A DNA stretch of 64,000 nucleotides, taken from Obrimoposthia wandeli (taxonomy: Eukaryota). Below are positions 46,175-60,658 of the stretch, one piece after another (position 1 is the first letter of the stretch; each line of letters opens with the position of its first letter). A program made the position numbers and the translations under genes. The notes under the pieces are model-generated. The model searched no databases, was not told the DNA's origin, and saw nothing but the letters and a program-made list of their open reading frames with translations. The stretch is from contig CDROCS010000817.1 in NCBI GenBank assembly GCA_977020255.1, forward strand, positions 434,001 through 498,000, given 5' to 3'.

Positions 46175-49100
46175 TTAATAATCATTGGAGTATTCTCGAT
46201 TCTTTATTATGGCCCGTACTCGAAAATTCATTGACAGGCACATTTTCTTTAATTGCGAGGCTGGAATTTAAAAAATTGTATTTAAAAGAAAAATATACAT
46301 AAGCAGAAGTACTTGTCAACAATCTTTGATCTAAACAAACATTACTTATTCAGTTAACCTTTTTTGATTTTGTGTAACAATTTAGTAATTTTTACTTTAA
46401 AAAATGAACATTAAAAATATTTTAAATGGTTTTTTCACTATTTTTCCAACTTTGAGCTAACTTTCTTTTTAAAATTTTTATGACTAAATCGGCAAATTCC
46501 ATATACAGTAATGAATTAAAATTATTTGAAACCAAGATGAGAAAAATAAAAACCTTTCTGTCTTATATAATTTACTTCAAATGTCTTTGGAAAGATGGTC
46601 TTTTGTTGATTTTAAATTCACTTCACTCAGTATAACTTGTGGAGATAATGCTGTTCTTCATATTCTTTAGTTTATGTTTGCTTTTGAATATCAGTTGATT
46701 GCGGGAAATATACTAAGATAAACAATGAAAATTAGAGGTAAGCATATTGTTTGAAAATGTAAATAACAGCAAAGTTACATTATTTTATCTTGAAAACATT
46801 TTGGAAAACGAATAAAATTGACTTTTTGAATCAAGATCCTGTGATAGAGATACTCAACACTCACGAGTGTGTAGATGTGCAGATTGATAATAGTCAGGCG
46901 AAGCTCTAATTCAGACACACGGAGTGATTGCGTAACTATTTAATGGTGCCAATCAACGAGAAAAACCACAAATTGCTCACACATGAAATACATACTGCGA
47001 CAGATTCATAGGCCCGTGAAAAAGGGATGTGAATAAACAAATTCCAGAAAGACAAATTGTCACGTTAACAAATTAGAATAACTTAGGATTTTAATCAGAT
47101 TCTCCATTATTTTTATTTGTAAACAATCACTAGAACTGACATTTCCAATAAAAAAGTTTAAAAAGTAATATGATCTGATTGTTTGTAAGAATTTTAAAGA
47201 AAAGTTCATCAAATTTATTATTTAATAACATTTGAGCATATACATGACAGATGTAATAAAAATTGTCAAAAGTACTTTTAATGAATAATAAAAGCCTAGT
47301 TTAGGAAATTCTGTTAAATCTTTTTACACGTATTGTAATTGCATTGTACCCGTACAGTTTAATATAGAAGACTCCAAGTCGTTCCTGGTTGAAGTGTCTC
47401 CGTATCTTAGCTTCACTCCTTCACCACGATTTAGCGGCTCTGAATCATTTGTTTATAACTGACAGCGGGTCTAAGTCGAACAACACTGTGTCCTCCCCGC
47501 TTGAGAGTGATAAACATAGAATGGTTTACACATCAATACATACACTCGTTCACAGCTGATTGACACAGTTTGCCAAGTCCGACAAGACCTTATTTGCGAG
47601 TGTCTCGATCCGTGTGAAGGTCACCAATACCACCACCTTCCTCAAGGTTTGTATTTGGGACCCCTAACAACAGTCATTAGTTTCATAGTTTCATCTTAGT
47701 AACTTTTTAATGTAGATTTTCAAGTGTATCAAATACCTATCGTAATATATATAGTAAAACACCATCAGCACTACTTACAAAGGAACAGAAAAATATTTTA
47801 AAATCTGTTTTAATTATACTCATTTAATGTTCAACAGACAGGAAATTCTAAACGTCATTTCTAAAATATATCGATAACCAATAAGTGAAATGCAGCATTA
47901 GCTACTGCTGTAAGCAGATTGTTTGCAATAAACACGAAAATGGAAGTTAGTAAAAGAGTGAAAAATAGTTGGGTTAATTCCTGAAAGCAGACTCTACAAT
48001 GTCTGAATATAAGGAAATATTAAAACCGCATTTCTTCTATAAATCGTCTAGCCTCTATTAACTATTAATAGTAAAGATTGACGTTTTTTAATATTTAAAA
48101 TCAGATTTAATTTTGGATCAGTAAGAATTTCCTTTATTTTTCATTTTTGGCCGTCTCGAGCCTGGTACAGTGAGCAGGTATATGCGTCTTAGGAGAAGCG
48201 ATCACTACAGATTAGTTAAGAAGTTCTCAAATCACAAACTGGGATGGAATATTTGAAATTATATTAATTATATATTTGTGCCTTTTTAAATACATTATTG
48301 TAATTTACAGAGCTAGAAAAAATTTTAACAGATAATCTGTAAAGAAAGAAATATGTTTTCACCTTGATATAAAGTTTTAAAAACGATTCAAAACTGAATT
48401 TAGTTTGGAATGCAAATTTGCAAATCTAACGAAACAGAATCTATTATTGTTACAAGTATGTCTGCGTAAGAGACCCACCGGGCGAATTGAAAGTAGCGCT
48501 CGCCTTACATAATGTCGTTACACAAACCAGTGAAAACAGATAAAGGCAGGCCAAAAATGGACACAAACGAGTGTCAATACAAAACTTAGTTGAACCAATT
48601 AAAGTACACGTCGTTAGTTAAGCAACTTTCACATTAATCCATCAGTCCAGGCCGTCATATTATGATTTAAAATCCAGTCCATTGAAATACACTGTGATCA
48701 ATTTTTAATCGACATAAACTTGACATCTTGTATATTGAAATAGTTTTTGTTTAAATAAATAGAACCAATAAAAATCAAAGCTTTAGTAAATTGTATTACT
48801 ATCCGATATAATGTACGGTATCCCTAACCGGTTAATATGCACCAATGACTTTTACAAGCATAGCTTTTTTCGGCATCACCCGTATGAATAGGGAGGAATT
48901 ACAAAGACATTGAAGAAAAAGCCACAGATTTTGATCATATTTAAAATTTTAATTATTTACTTCATATTCATTATTTTACCAGCCATATTTATACTTAATT
49001 TAATGTTAGTTTAGTTTAAAGTAGTCAGAAATGTAAGCTCATTTCGAAAATTTCAAGTATGAAGGTTGAAACATCGAAATCATTTAATACCAAATCGACT

Positions 49101-49341
49101 ACAAAAGGTAAATTTAATTCCTCTTTAAAATTGAAAAATACCCCGATGAACATAATACAAAATAACTTGATTTGTTTATATCTTTAATAATGTTTTGAGA
49201 GCTAGTATTTTAGAATTGATTAAAGCAGAAGAATTCTAGAATAAGGAACAAAGATCGGTCAGTGGCTATAGTTGTCAGAAACAGTATAATGATCTTAACA
49301 AAGGCCAATTCAAACCTCCTATAAGTGTGGTCAGTACTCAC

Positions 49342-49692
49342 CTTTGACATTAACCTTCACGGCTGCGAAGTCCTCCTTTCCATCAGATTTCAGCTGGCAT
49401 ACATAAATTCCGATGTCTGAGCTCTTGAGAGAGCGGATGAAGAGAGTGTCATTTGTCTTCTTGCTCTCTTTACCTGACGTAATCTCGATGCGATCGTCGT
49501 TGTCGGCTGTGATGATGGTTGCGTTGTTGAAAGTGAGATTTCCGGGCTTGGTGGGGTCATTGAATCCGGAAGAGAGCTTCATCCAGACAATCTCCGTCAG
49601 ATTGGGATAGGCATCGTACAGACAGGTGATCCGCATTGGGTCACCTTCCAGACCAAGACGAGGCTTTTGAAATTTCTTAGCCAGCGGAACCA
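49342..49692 (-). CDS. Basigin-family gene: membrane-proximal Ig domain exon
   Basis: AG and GTGAGT boundaries, phase 1-1; EGDPMRITC..IVWMK..LFIRSLKSSDIGIYVCQL is a canonical Ig pattern; splices in frame to give KVNVK-D-RWAAL. Confidence 0.9.
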
Positions 49693-51105
49693 CTGACGAG
49701 ATTAAACAAATTTAGGAATCACTTATAAAATATTAAAGAAACATGTGATTTACACATTTTATAACCTTTCTTGTTTGAGGATAATTCACTATATCAGGGC
49801 TGGGGAACTGTTTTGTTTTAAAGGCCCCATTGACAATGCTCATTACTCAAACGACCACTTGCGATAGTTTTGAATATTTTTATACTCATTTTACAATCAT
49901 TGGCTACTTAACTACATTTATAATTTACAAGAAAATATATATAAAGATAGACAATTTATCGTTCAATTACGTTTTGCTCATCTAATGAGATTGCTTTTGT
50001 TGAGCCTCCATCGGGTTGTTTTGAGGTTGAAAAGCTAGCTTCTAAGTAATGTTATGCTTATCAAAATCATGAATCTCATCATATTCATTTATCAATGAGT
50101 CTATAACTGTTTGGTATCTTTTAAAATATTCACAAATATATTCATTATTTTCTTTCAATACTTTTGCTAGCTAGGGAAAATAATTTTCTCAATTATTTGG
50201 TTTGCAAACAATGATTTAAATAAAGTTAACTTCTTTCTAAATTCCTGAAGTTTTAATTTAATGATTTATGTTTACCCTACATCGAAATATATAACTCATT
50301 TTATTTTGACATAATATCACACAGAATTGCAGCATCTTGAAAGAAATTAACATTTGATCATTCATAATTCTGATAATTTCTCACGTAGACAAAATTTTGA
50401 CAAAGACTTGGCCTTGTGATAACCAGCGCACTTTCGAATGATAGGGAAAATCTACACTGACAATCTCATCATCCAACGTGAGCATGTCTCAAACGGGCGG
50501 TGCTTCAGCATTTGCTCGGATAAAGTTTACTATACCAACAACCTTATGTAAAGTGTCATTAATAATGACGTGTTAGAACAGAGATTTTGCTGATGTAAAA
50601 TACAATGAAATTAAATAAGAGCATTCTCATTTAAGAGTTTTTTTAGATATGCAACGAATCCTTCATTCTTTCCAGTATAGATGGAACACCATCTGCGCAC
50701 ACACGAACTAAATCTGTGAAATTCAGTCCTATTTCATGGGATTTCTCTTCGAAGTTGTTGAAAACATCAATTCCATATGTCCTTCCCTTTAGGGTGGCTA
50801 AAGCAAGTAATTCTTTCAATTTAGAGTATAAGAAAATAATTTAAATACACCAAAAAGAGATGTTTAAATTTATTATAATTCCCAAAAGCGAAATATGTAA
50901 TTTTTAAATGTTTCTATTTTTAGAAGATTTAGATAATTAGGCGTACAAATTATCAAAGAAATACAAAGTGATTTATTATTATGATTAAAGATTATAAAGA
51001 TAAATTTAGTCGTAAAAGATTACAGTAAAGCCAATAATCATAATAAAAATAATACACTACTAATCTCTAATTTCAGCATAACATAATATCAACCAAGGCA
51101 CTCAC

Positions 51106-51477
51106 CAGTTATATATGAAGAACACACGTAAGATTCCGAACCGATTTTCAGTGTTAACTCATAAACTCCTGGAATAACATTTATAGCTTTATAGAATCTG
51201 ATAGTTAGAGTAATATTGCTGTTATTTTGTTCTTGGACAACATAGATTTGATTTTTAGTTGTGACTTTTGAACTTGAGTCTAAAATTTCAAATTTCTGAT
51301 CTTTATCATTAACCGTCATCGTTAATTCTTCTTTTGTCACTGCTTTCTGATGACCTAATAAATCAAATTGCAAGAAAATTGAAGCTGTTTCATTTCTTAT
51401 GAATGTATCAAAACTTAATTCTTCAACTTTAACTGATTGTTTCTCAACTGGTATCGATGCATTATTTGATGAAACAA
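51106..51477 (-). CDS. Basigin-family gene: putative upstream Ig-like exon lacking the canonical disulfide
   Basis: 372-bp open exon, tttatgtAG acceptor and GTGAGT donor, phase 1-1, in frame with the next exon (SSYIT-V-VPLAKK); NITLTIR..PGVYELTL; signal-peptide exon not located. Confidence 0.7.
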
Positions 51478-54049
51478 CTACATAAAATAAATATTATAGA
51501 AATAAATAATAGATATCTTACATAAAACCGCATCTAAAGGATAGTATAAGCAAAGGAGGAATAATAACTTAATCAGCATAATGTAGCAATTCAGTAATTA
51601 GTAAATAAGGTAATTTTAGAGGTTAAAATAAGACTTAAGAAAAATATAAATTTTAATACTCACATGATATTAGTAAATTTAATATTAACTTTAGAAAATC
51701 TGTTAAACTGAGTTGATAAATACTTAGAATTCAACAGAATATTGTTTTTTTTTAATATATTATTAGTATCCACATTACTCAATTTATAAGTTTTGAAAAA
51801 ATGAAAATTGACTAGATATACTTAACTACAATAAAAGTCTTTATAAACATAATTAAAATTATTAGTTAACTAAATAAAATTATTAAAAGAAAATATTAAA
51901 AACAAATATTATAATAATAAGAACAGTAAAATCAAAATTAATAAAAATTAAATATCACAGAAATATCATACAATACCAAAGAAATGATTTCATTTTATGC
52001 ATAAAATCATCAATTAAAAGTGAGAATATTGAAAACTTTATATTTAAATTAATTTTTAAAAAGAAGTTAGCCTGTCAAAAATTTATCAAAATCATTGCAT
52101 CTATTGCCACTAAATGATTAACAAAAACCAAATCATAATTGGATTTCTAGATATTTTGTGTAATTTATTTTATTTAAATTGACCTACAAAACTTTAAATA
52201 ATTTTCTTTTGAATTTCATTAATGTAAATTTCAACTAAACATAATTTTAATTAAAAAAAAATTATTTTGTATAGCAATTCTAAATAAAAATGTCAACTTA
52301 TAGAAAATAATTTAAATCAAAATAAATTTCCCAAAAATTTCTATATACATATATTATTGTTCAAGAATTTAATCAAAAGCGTGTCAAGCTACTTAATGAA
52401 ATTCTTGACATATTTACATTGGTTTTATCATTTTCTTAGTTTTATCAAATTTTTCAATCTCCATATCTAACAGAAATTTTTAACACTACTAAACAATGCC
52501 GAAATCATTTTAAGTCTTGTAACTGTAATAAAAAAATCTGTCTATCATCTTTCATTACAACAGAACCTAAGACCAGTTTGTTTCTATTTTCACATTATTG
52601 TTGTATTTGTTTTAAACTAATTACTTCTGATCTTCAATTTCTTCAAGCAATCAAATGCTTAATTTTACTTGAACCAATTCATTTATCATTTTTATTCGTA
52701 ATTATTCCTATTAATATTTTATGAATATATCTATATTTTTAAAGCTATTTTACACTGAAAATGTTGCAAACTTGTTTGATTTCAGATTCCAAATAAATAA
52801 TTTATTTTAATAAAAATAAAAAACCCTTTAGATTCTGCATTGATTTATATATTTTTCAAAAAATAGTAGTTTTATTTTAACAAATACATTTTTAAACGAA
52901 ACTTTTAACTTTCATAGTATAAATTAGCATTGACAAATTAATATTATGTAAACAAAAATTATAATTTTATTAAAGATGGTTATAATTATAAAAAATATAT
53001 GATTAATACCTAAATTTAGTGGGAATATCAGAAACTACGAAGATTGATCGGTATACAATTGAGAAAAGTTGCAAAAATTCAAGTTAATTGCATTTTTTAA
53101 TTATCTAAACATTTAATATTTTATCATAAACCAACACTATATTAAGATGTTTCCATGACAGTATAAAATAAAGCATTTTAAAGTAAACTCCAATTTTATT
53201 ACTTTTTAAATTTAAATTCTCCAAAATTTGAAATGTTTATTGGGTTATTATAAAATAAAAATGACATTGAAATTTTAAAATAGTTATGCTTTTGAAATTT
53301 TTTTTATTTCTTATATGACTTGAAGAAAATTTTAAATTATTAGAAAAATTAATGGTATAATGTATTTAAAATTATTATTATTTATTAAAATAATCTGTAA
53401 TATTTTTCATTTTTCATTCATAAATTTATGTTGACTGAAATTAACATTTATTGTATCAATAATTTTTAAGAAACTAAATTCAAATTAAAAATCAAAAAAT
53501 TATATATATTTTTTAAAAACTTGATTATTTTTTAATTTCAAAAAGTTTAATTACGAATTTGATTTCCATATGTCAGTTTAATTGGAAAAAGTCATACGCA
53601 TATTCAGTAAACTTGATAATTACAGGGGTGTTCAGGTTATACTCCTGAACAACCATATACAAATAAATTAAATACTTGTATATAAAGCATTCATAAATAT
53701 AACATTTAAAATAGAATTTAGAATTTATCTTTACTCAAAAATTTAAAAAGTAAAAAAAACTACAGAAGCTCGTTTATTTCATTAAAATTCATGACGAATT
53801 CATCTAAACAATTTCAAATCACTTGAAAAACGCAAAATCATATTTAAAATAAAATAATTGAATTCTTAATGGAAATAATATAGCAGTTAATTTCACAAAA
53901 TCCTATATTCCTTTTGAACCGGTATATTTTTGAGGACTTCGTAGTATGTTATATCTTCTAATCCACTGTGTGTTAAAATATTTGACTTTTGGTCTTTATA
54001 AATACATGTTGTGTCAAACGAATTGTATTTATAAAATCCCATATTTGAT

Positions 54050-54700
54050 TTCTACAGCACATTTGTTGCAATGATACTCAATCTCAAAGGTCTTTTTAAC
54101 CAATTTGCAGGTTAGTTATTTAAAATATATTACTGCGGTCTTTAAATCTTCTTTATTATCAAATTTTATATTTTAACATTTTCATCATGCGTTTATAGAT
54201 AAATACCTAATTTTATCAAGTCCGAACTGTAAAGAGGGTCAGGTTGTAAAATCAATTGACTTTTCAATTGTTTTCTTTTTCAATCCACTTGAGTATACAG
54301 TACTGTTATCGTGCAGAAAGTATACATTTGGAACTTGTACTTTTCTTTTATTCTTTCATGCCATTTATACCAGCTCAAAGTAATATTGAAATGTGATTTA
54401 AATATTAAAAGTCAAACAAATTCCACAAATCTTTAACATATCATAAATAGTATCTTTACTGACATAGAGTTGAACTGACTATTCCCTCTATGATATACTG
54501 CTTTCACTTTAAATCATTTTTATTAACTTCTCCGTCGTATTTTCTTTTAATTTCTCGACGTCTTCTACACCTTTCATCATTGCTCACTTTCATCCTACAA
54601 TTCACATATTCATTGAACCAGTGATAAATTGTTACCTTGTGTGGAAACTGTTCGCAATAATCAACGTTTAAATCATGCAATATTATTCTTTTGACATTTC
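54050..54700 (-). pseudogene. Highly degraded mariner-like transposase relic
   Basis: VTIYHWFNEY (cf. TVYxWF), FLHDNS (cf. LHDNA) and a YSPDL-like segment in the expected order; many stops. Confidence 0.5.
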
Positions 54701-56464
54701 TTTTAAACCATTAAATTTAATTTCACTGCAATATTCGACGCTAAATTATACTATACAAATTTATAGAAATAAACAAACATGAATCAGCAGGGGAAAAATT
54801 AGTGTCTGAACAAATTTGTTTATATGAATATGGTTTATTTTGATAATTAAAGTTTATTTCTATGATAATTGTAAGAATTATTAGGCATACTTAGTATAAT
54901 AATAAAAAAATCATCTCTAAAGACAGTACTGGATTAATTTATCTTCAACTATCTATTTGTATTTATTTTCCACATCATTGTATTCATATGCTTTTCCACA
55001 TTGTTTATCTAATATGAATTATATAGAAATAAATTCTAGGAATATTGAGTATTTAGATCACATTTGTTGATGCGGGTTTAAAGATAATCTATTCAGTTTT
55101 CTACAAATTACAACGTCTGTTTATGATCCAATAACACACTAAAACATCATACATAACTTACAACAAATCCCATACAATTAACACGGCTATTTTTAACCTA
55201 CTATTCATAAACACACACCATCAACAAGCTAAGCAGTAAAGTGCATCAAATTAGGTTCTAATTAGCAATTTTGAATTAATGTGATTTGATGAATAACTCA
55301 TTATTGCTGATTAGAAAATAATTATCAACTTGTTATTTCTAACAGTCAATCAGAACATTAGAATTTATAATATAATTTAACACGCTACAATTATTTTCTT
55401 AAGTATACAAATTTGGTTCAAATTAAACAGTAAGCCAAAATTGCAACAACAAAAATACAACACACGGAGCCTTCTATCGTACTCAACGCGTCTGGGGTAG
55501 AAAAGGGTACGGAAATGTTCGTATAGTAAAAGTAGTTGGTTTGTTTTCGAAAAGATTTTCATACTTAAATCTGAGCTACGATAGTGTTTGACCCAAATAA
55601 TTTGAAAATATCCATAGTTAATTACTTATATGGTTGATATTTTGACGGTATATGAGGGAGACAAGTAAAAACAGAATATCTACATTTTAAATCCATTTAT
55701 TCACAATTCCGTATTTCAAACAACTGGTTTTTTATTTTTTTTTCAAATTCAAATTACCAGACTTCTTTTTTCAATTCAATATTTAAAACTAAACCATCAA
55801 TTTTTTAGTTTTAATTCATCATCATATAATTATTATCCATACCTTCCCAAAACATCCTACTTCAGGTCAGAACAGTAGGTAGATATGTTCGGTCTAAAAC
55901 ACTCTCTTCCCGGAGGGGCTATCACTATCCTTTAAAACCGTGCATGTGAGTGGAGTGAAATTTCATGAATGTGTGTCTAATCCACCCCACCTGAAGAGGT
56001 GTACCCTCACCAATTTCATTACGTTACTTTAAATTTAACCTCCAATGTCAAAGGTGATTAGAAAAGATCACGGGAATCCATATTGATAATAAATCAACAA
56101 TTGCTTCTTGGAAAATATATTGAACAGCAAAGTTTTTTTTCTTTAATGATATAATTTGTAACTAAAAACGTCTGGTAAATTTCTGCCAACACTGCAGTTA
56201 AATAAGGGAGACACACACACATACATACATACATACAGGAACAGAAATAGTCAGAATATATCGAAGTCTGAGAATCGGCTGGATAGTCCGAGAGATATGA
56301 TAAAATCGTTGTCAGGAGATAGAAAGGGGAGGCTGTTTTTGCTGTCACCTTAGCAGTGAGTCCAGCTCGTGATCAGTTTGGTCTGGATGGAGAAATACCC
56401 AATTTCCGACAGGTAGGCAGGGGATAATGTGGACTGGGAAGAGAGCAGAGATTAAATTTGTGTC

Positions 56465-56645
56465 GTTCGCAGATCGAACTGAATCAAGTTAGTCCAGTCG
56501 ATCTGCGATCGAATCTCAAACAGTGACATTCTTCTGTCACTTTTATCTCTGTCTTCGCGGAAATAACTACCGCAAAGTCAGAGATAACCTGCCGTTCCTC
56601 TGACGAGCCCGACAGGGCGAAACCGGTGATAAGCCGGTCGGGAAC
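56465..56645 (-). other. Multi-hairpin element, copy 2
   Basis: Shares CCCGACCGGCTTA, GGGCTC and TGACTT.GCGGT..CGAAG.CAGAGATAA with 20478-20620; stems at 56543-56587, 56522-56541 and 56467-56508. Confidence 0.6.
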
Positions 56646-56932
56646 TGACCAAAATAAAAGGATTCTAAAAATGTGTATCGAATGCACTTTTTAATTAATT
56701 AAACTTAACAGACGAGATTTCAAATAATACTTCTATGTAAATATATTACTACAATTTTTAAGAAAGATTTTAGATTAATATATTACTACATGTATGTTAA
56801 AATATCTAGGTCAGATTTATATAATTTATAAAAAAATAAAATAAAATGCGATTAAGTCAGATTTATATAATTTATAGGTGAAAAATAAAAAAATAAGAGA
56901 CAAAATCTATTTCAAAGCATTTATTAAATCAA

Positions 56933-57232
56933 TCAAACATAAAACACGATATTAGCTTCATTCAAAGTCCAAAGAGGCTGTATTTTCCCGTCATCAGCAT
57001 AATATCCATTGAGACATATTGAAATATTCCATAGTTCTTCATCTAAAATAGGATCCATCAAATAACCTAGATCATCTCTAAAAGCCAGACTGTGATCAGT
57101 TTCAAGCTGGAAAGAATTTCCTTCGTATACATAATCAGGTATGTAATATCCCAAAATATTTTTCAATTGATCAATATCAGATTTTGTTAAAATTTCGATT
57201 AAATATTTATTTTCCTCTTTTGATATTTTCAC
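56933..57232 (-). CDS. 99-aa ORF of unknown function (no ATG start; possible relic)
   Basis: Protein-like composition in very AT-rich DNA; no family recognised. Confidence 0.25.
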   Translation of the reverse strand: MKISKEENKYLIEILTKSDIDQLKNILGYYIPDYVYEGNSFQLETDHSLAFRDDLGYLMDPILDEELWNISICLNGYYADDGKIQPLWTLNEANIVFYV

Positions 57233-57969
57233 AGGATTCCTAACTCGTATATTTTGATGTTTTTTCCTTTTGAAATTCTTTCTAGATAATAAAAATTTCT
57301 CAGAAGAAGATTCATTCTAAAATAAAGAGACTTTTTAAAAAATAATGTTTGTAAAAAAATACATATAAGATACTGTTAGGTTTAGGAATTAAAAAATTAA
57401 AATAATAAATTGATTTTATAGTAAAATGAAAATCCTTGAAAGCAAGGTTAGAATTAAATAAATTTTAAAATCAAAATTAACATTATTTGAAGTTTAAATA
57501 AGATTAAATGTTAGAAGACCACGAAGGTCGTGTATGATGCGTTGTGTATATAAGTTAATTTTAAAGGAAACAAAAGTGCAAACTAATAAGCAAAAAATAA
57601 TCAGAAAAAGAAATTAATTAAGAAAGGAAAAGAAGTGATTAATAAAGAAAAACCACGTCAGCAGAAAGAAGATTGACAGCAAGAAACGTCAGCAAGAGTA
57701 AGCACATTTTTAGTGCAATTGATTTACCTAAATTGAAATTTAGCAGCTGTCGCCAATTCCTAAATTGCTCAGGAAATTGTTTGCTGAGTGACAACAACAC
57801 AATCCATTAAGCAGCTGTTGCCAGACTATATAAGTCTTTAGGAAAACCTATTACACACACACAGAAAAGCAATTTTAGCCGAGACGAGGATTGAGTCAGC
57901 GGAAAAAACTCTGGTGAGCGCTCCTAATTTTGAGCCTACATTAATTGCTAGAATTACAGAATTGGAAAC

Positions 57970-58450
57970 AAAAGCCACTATCCTCCAGTTCAATTCTCGA
58001 CCGAATAAGCCGTCGCAGCAAAAGCCACTATACTCCAGTTCAATTCTCGACCGAATAAGCCGTCGCAGCAAAAGCCACTATACTCCAGTTCAATTCTCGA
58101 CCGAATAAGCCGTCGCAGCAAAAGCCACTATCCCCCAGTTCAATTCTCGACCGAATAAGCCGTCGCAGCAAAAGCCACTATACTCCAGTTCAATTCTCGA
58201 CCGAATAAGCCGTCGCAGCAAAAGCCACTATACTCCAGTTCAATTCTCGACCGAATAAGCCGTCGCAGCAAAAGCCACTATCCCCCAGTTCAATTCTCGA
58301 CCGAATAAGCCGTCGCAGCAAAAGCCACTATACTCCAGTTCAATTCTCGACCGAATAAGCCGTCGCAGCAAAAGCCACTATCCCCCAGTTCAATTCTCGA
58401 CCGAATAAGCCGTCGCAGCAAAAGCCACTATCCTCCAGTTCAATTCTCGA
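57970..58450. repeat. 50-bp tandem array (about 10 units) in LTR-B
   Basis: AAAGCCACTATACTCCAGTTCAATTCTCGACCGAATAAGCCGTCGCAGCA at exact 50-bp spacing. Confidence 0.95.
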
Positions 58451-58519
58451 CCAAATAAACAGACGCTGCAACTTTGGAATTGAGATAGGTGAGAGGAGAG
58501 TAATAGGCTAGGGTTTTAA

Positions 58520-59300
58520 AATAATTTCACATTTTCCAATTGTAAAAGGAGTTTTAACCTCCATTGATTTGATTTTCATATTTCCAATTTTAAAAGGAGT
58601 TTTAACCTCCATTGATTTGATTTTCATATTTCCCCATTTGTAAAAGGAGTTTTAACCTCCATTGATTTGATTTTCATATTTCCCAATTTTAAAAGGAGTT
58701 TTAACCTCCATTGATTTGATTTTCATATTTCCAATTTTAAAAGGAGTTTTAACCTCCATTGATTTGATTTTCATATTTCCCAATTGTAAAAGGAGTTTTA
58801 ACCTCCATTGATTTGATTTTCATATTTCCAATTTTAAAAGGAGTTTTAACCTCCATTGATTTGATTTTCATATTTCCCCATTTGTAAAAGGAGTTTTAAC
58901 CTCCATTGATTTGATTTTCATATTTCCCAATTGTAAAAGGAGTTTTAACCTCCATTGATTTGATTTTCATATTTCCAATTTTAAAAGGAGTTTTAACCTC
59001 CATTGATTTGATTTTCATATTTCCCAATTTTAAAAGGAGTTTTAATCTCCATTGATTTGATTTTCATATTTCCCAATTTTAAAAGGAGTTTTAACCTCCA
59101 TTGATTTGATTTTCATATTTCCCAATTTTAAAAGGAGTTTTAACCTCCATTGATTTGATTTTCATATTTCCAATTTTAAAAGGAGTTTTAACCTCCATTG
59201 ATTTGATTTTCATATTTCCCAATTTTAAAAGGAGTTTTAACCTCCATTGATTTGATTTTCATATTTCCCAAATTTAAAAGGAGTTTTTGACCTCCATTGA
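58520..59300. repeat. 48-50-bp tandem array (about 16 units) in LTR-B
   Basis: AAAAGGAGTTTTAACCTCCATTGATTTGATTTTCATATTTCCCAATTTT repeated. Confidence 0.95.
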
Positions 59301-59829
59301 TCTGCAATTTATTAAAGTTTGTCCAACTTTAAGGAAGCTTTTACATCACCACCTTTATTGACATAAAATTAAAGGTTTAACCTCAAAAGTTAAAGCCGAC
59401 AGTAGAGTTAATTTGATTTGAAAAATCTATAACGTGAGCTTATTCTCGAGTCACAGGAACAACTCTAAAATCTCGATCACCCTTAGCGTAAAATCGATAC
59501 GTGGTTCATCCCCACTTGTGTAGAGACTTACAGAAGTCTTAGGAATTTTTACCATACTTTTTAGAAGATACGTACATAAACGTATTGTTGTGTTTTAGTC
59601 TAGTGTGTTACCAATAAACGATTTCCTACATTAGAAAACGTTGTTTTAAACCCTTCAGAATAAGAGACGTCAAACAAACACCTTCAGATAAGAAATAGAG
59701 ATAGGCAACCATAGCACTAAGTAGGCCACGACCAACTTTAAGACCTGCTTCTATTCGAACTCACGTTGGGGCCCTCCGCACACAAGAGGATCTATACAAG
59801 TCTCGTATAGAAACCCCAACATATTAAAG

Positions 59830-59848
59830 TGGTGCCCCGAGTGAGGAT
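59830..59848 (+). other. Primer-binding site (elongator tRNA-Met) of element B
   Basis: TGGTGCCCCGAGTGAGGAT after the same TATTAAAG spacer as in element A. Confidence 0.85.
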
Positions 59849-60658
59849 AGCTCGTCGGACACAGCGAATTCACATATAATAAGTTTCAGATAAATTGAGA
59901 ATAAGTTTCAGATAAATAGAATAAGTTTCAGATAAATTGAGAATAAGTTTCAGATAAATAGAATAAGTTTCAGATAAATTGAGAATAAGTTTCAGACAAA
60001 TTGAGAATAAGTTTCAGCAGAAGAATATAGACAATTGAGAATAAGTTTCAGAAGAAGATATAAGCAAATTTAGAATAAGTTTCAGAAGAAAATATAAGTA
60101 AATTGAGATAAGAATTTGAATAAGTTGAGAAATCGAGTAGATTTGTTCCTCGAAGTTAAGAATTTGATAAAGTTGAGAATCGAGTGGATTGATACTCGAA
60201 GTAATTAATTGAATAGGTTAAGTCGGGAGACGTGTCCTCGAACTAATTAAAGAGATAAGAAATCGTAAAATAAGAATTGTGAAATAAGGTAAAATAATAA
60301 ATAAATTGATATCGTAAACGAATACATAATTGATAAGCCAACGGATAATAGAAAAGGACCCGCGTATAATACTAGAAGACAAAGTCAGATTCCCCAGGAA
60401 GAGATAAATAATAATTAAGTTAACCGAATTGAACAGGTTCCCCAAACAGATAACAAAGTAACAGAAAAGACTAGAGTCGAAGAAAACGTATCAGAAAGAG
60501 ACGTTGATCAATCAGCGGTTTCAACCGACAGTTTTAATTTGACTGAATTATTTGGTGACATAAACCCAGAAGAATTTTAAATTGCCAATCCAGTAGTGAT
60601 TGAGGAAGTTCAATTGAATAATCTTGAAGAAATAGTTGAAGAGGATATAGCTGAAAAT

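Larger units (their letters stand above)
57374..59821 (+). repeat. 5' LTR of element B (2448 bp)
   Basis: TGTTAGG..CCCCAACA; TATATAAG at 57827; AATAAA at 59613. Confidence 0.93.

Noticed and set aside
55377-55562. Possible first (signal peptide) exon of the basigin-like gene
   Set aside because: No hydrophobic N-terminal segment followed by a phase-1 donor.
57970-59300. Regular ~50-bp arrays superficially like CRISPR
   Set aside because: Units are head-to-tail with no unique spacers, no cas genes, eukaryotic LTR context. The same applies to the arrays at 36455-37200 and 4975-6305.
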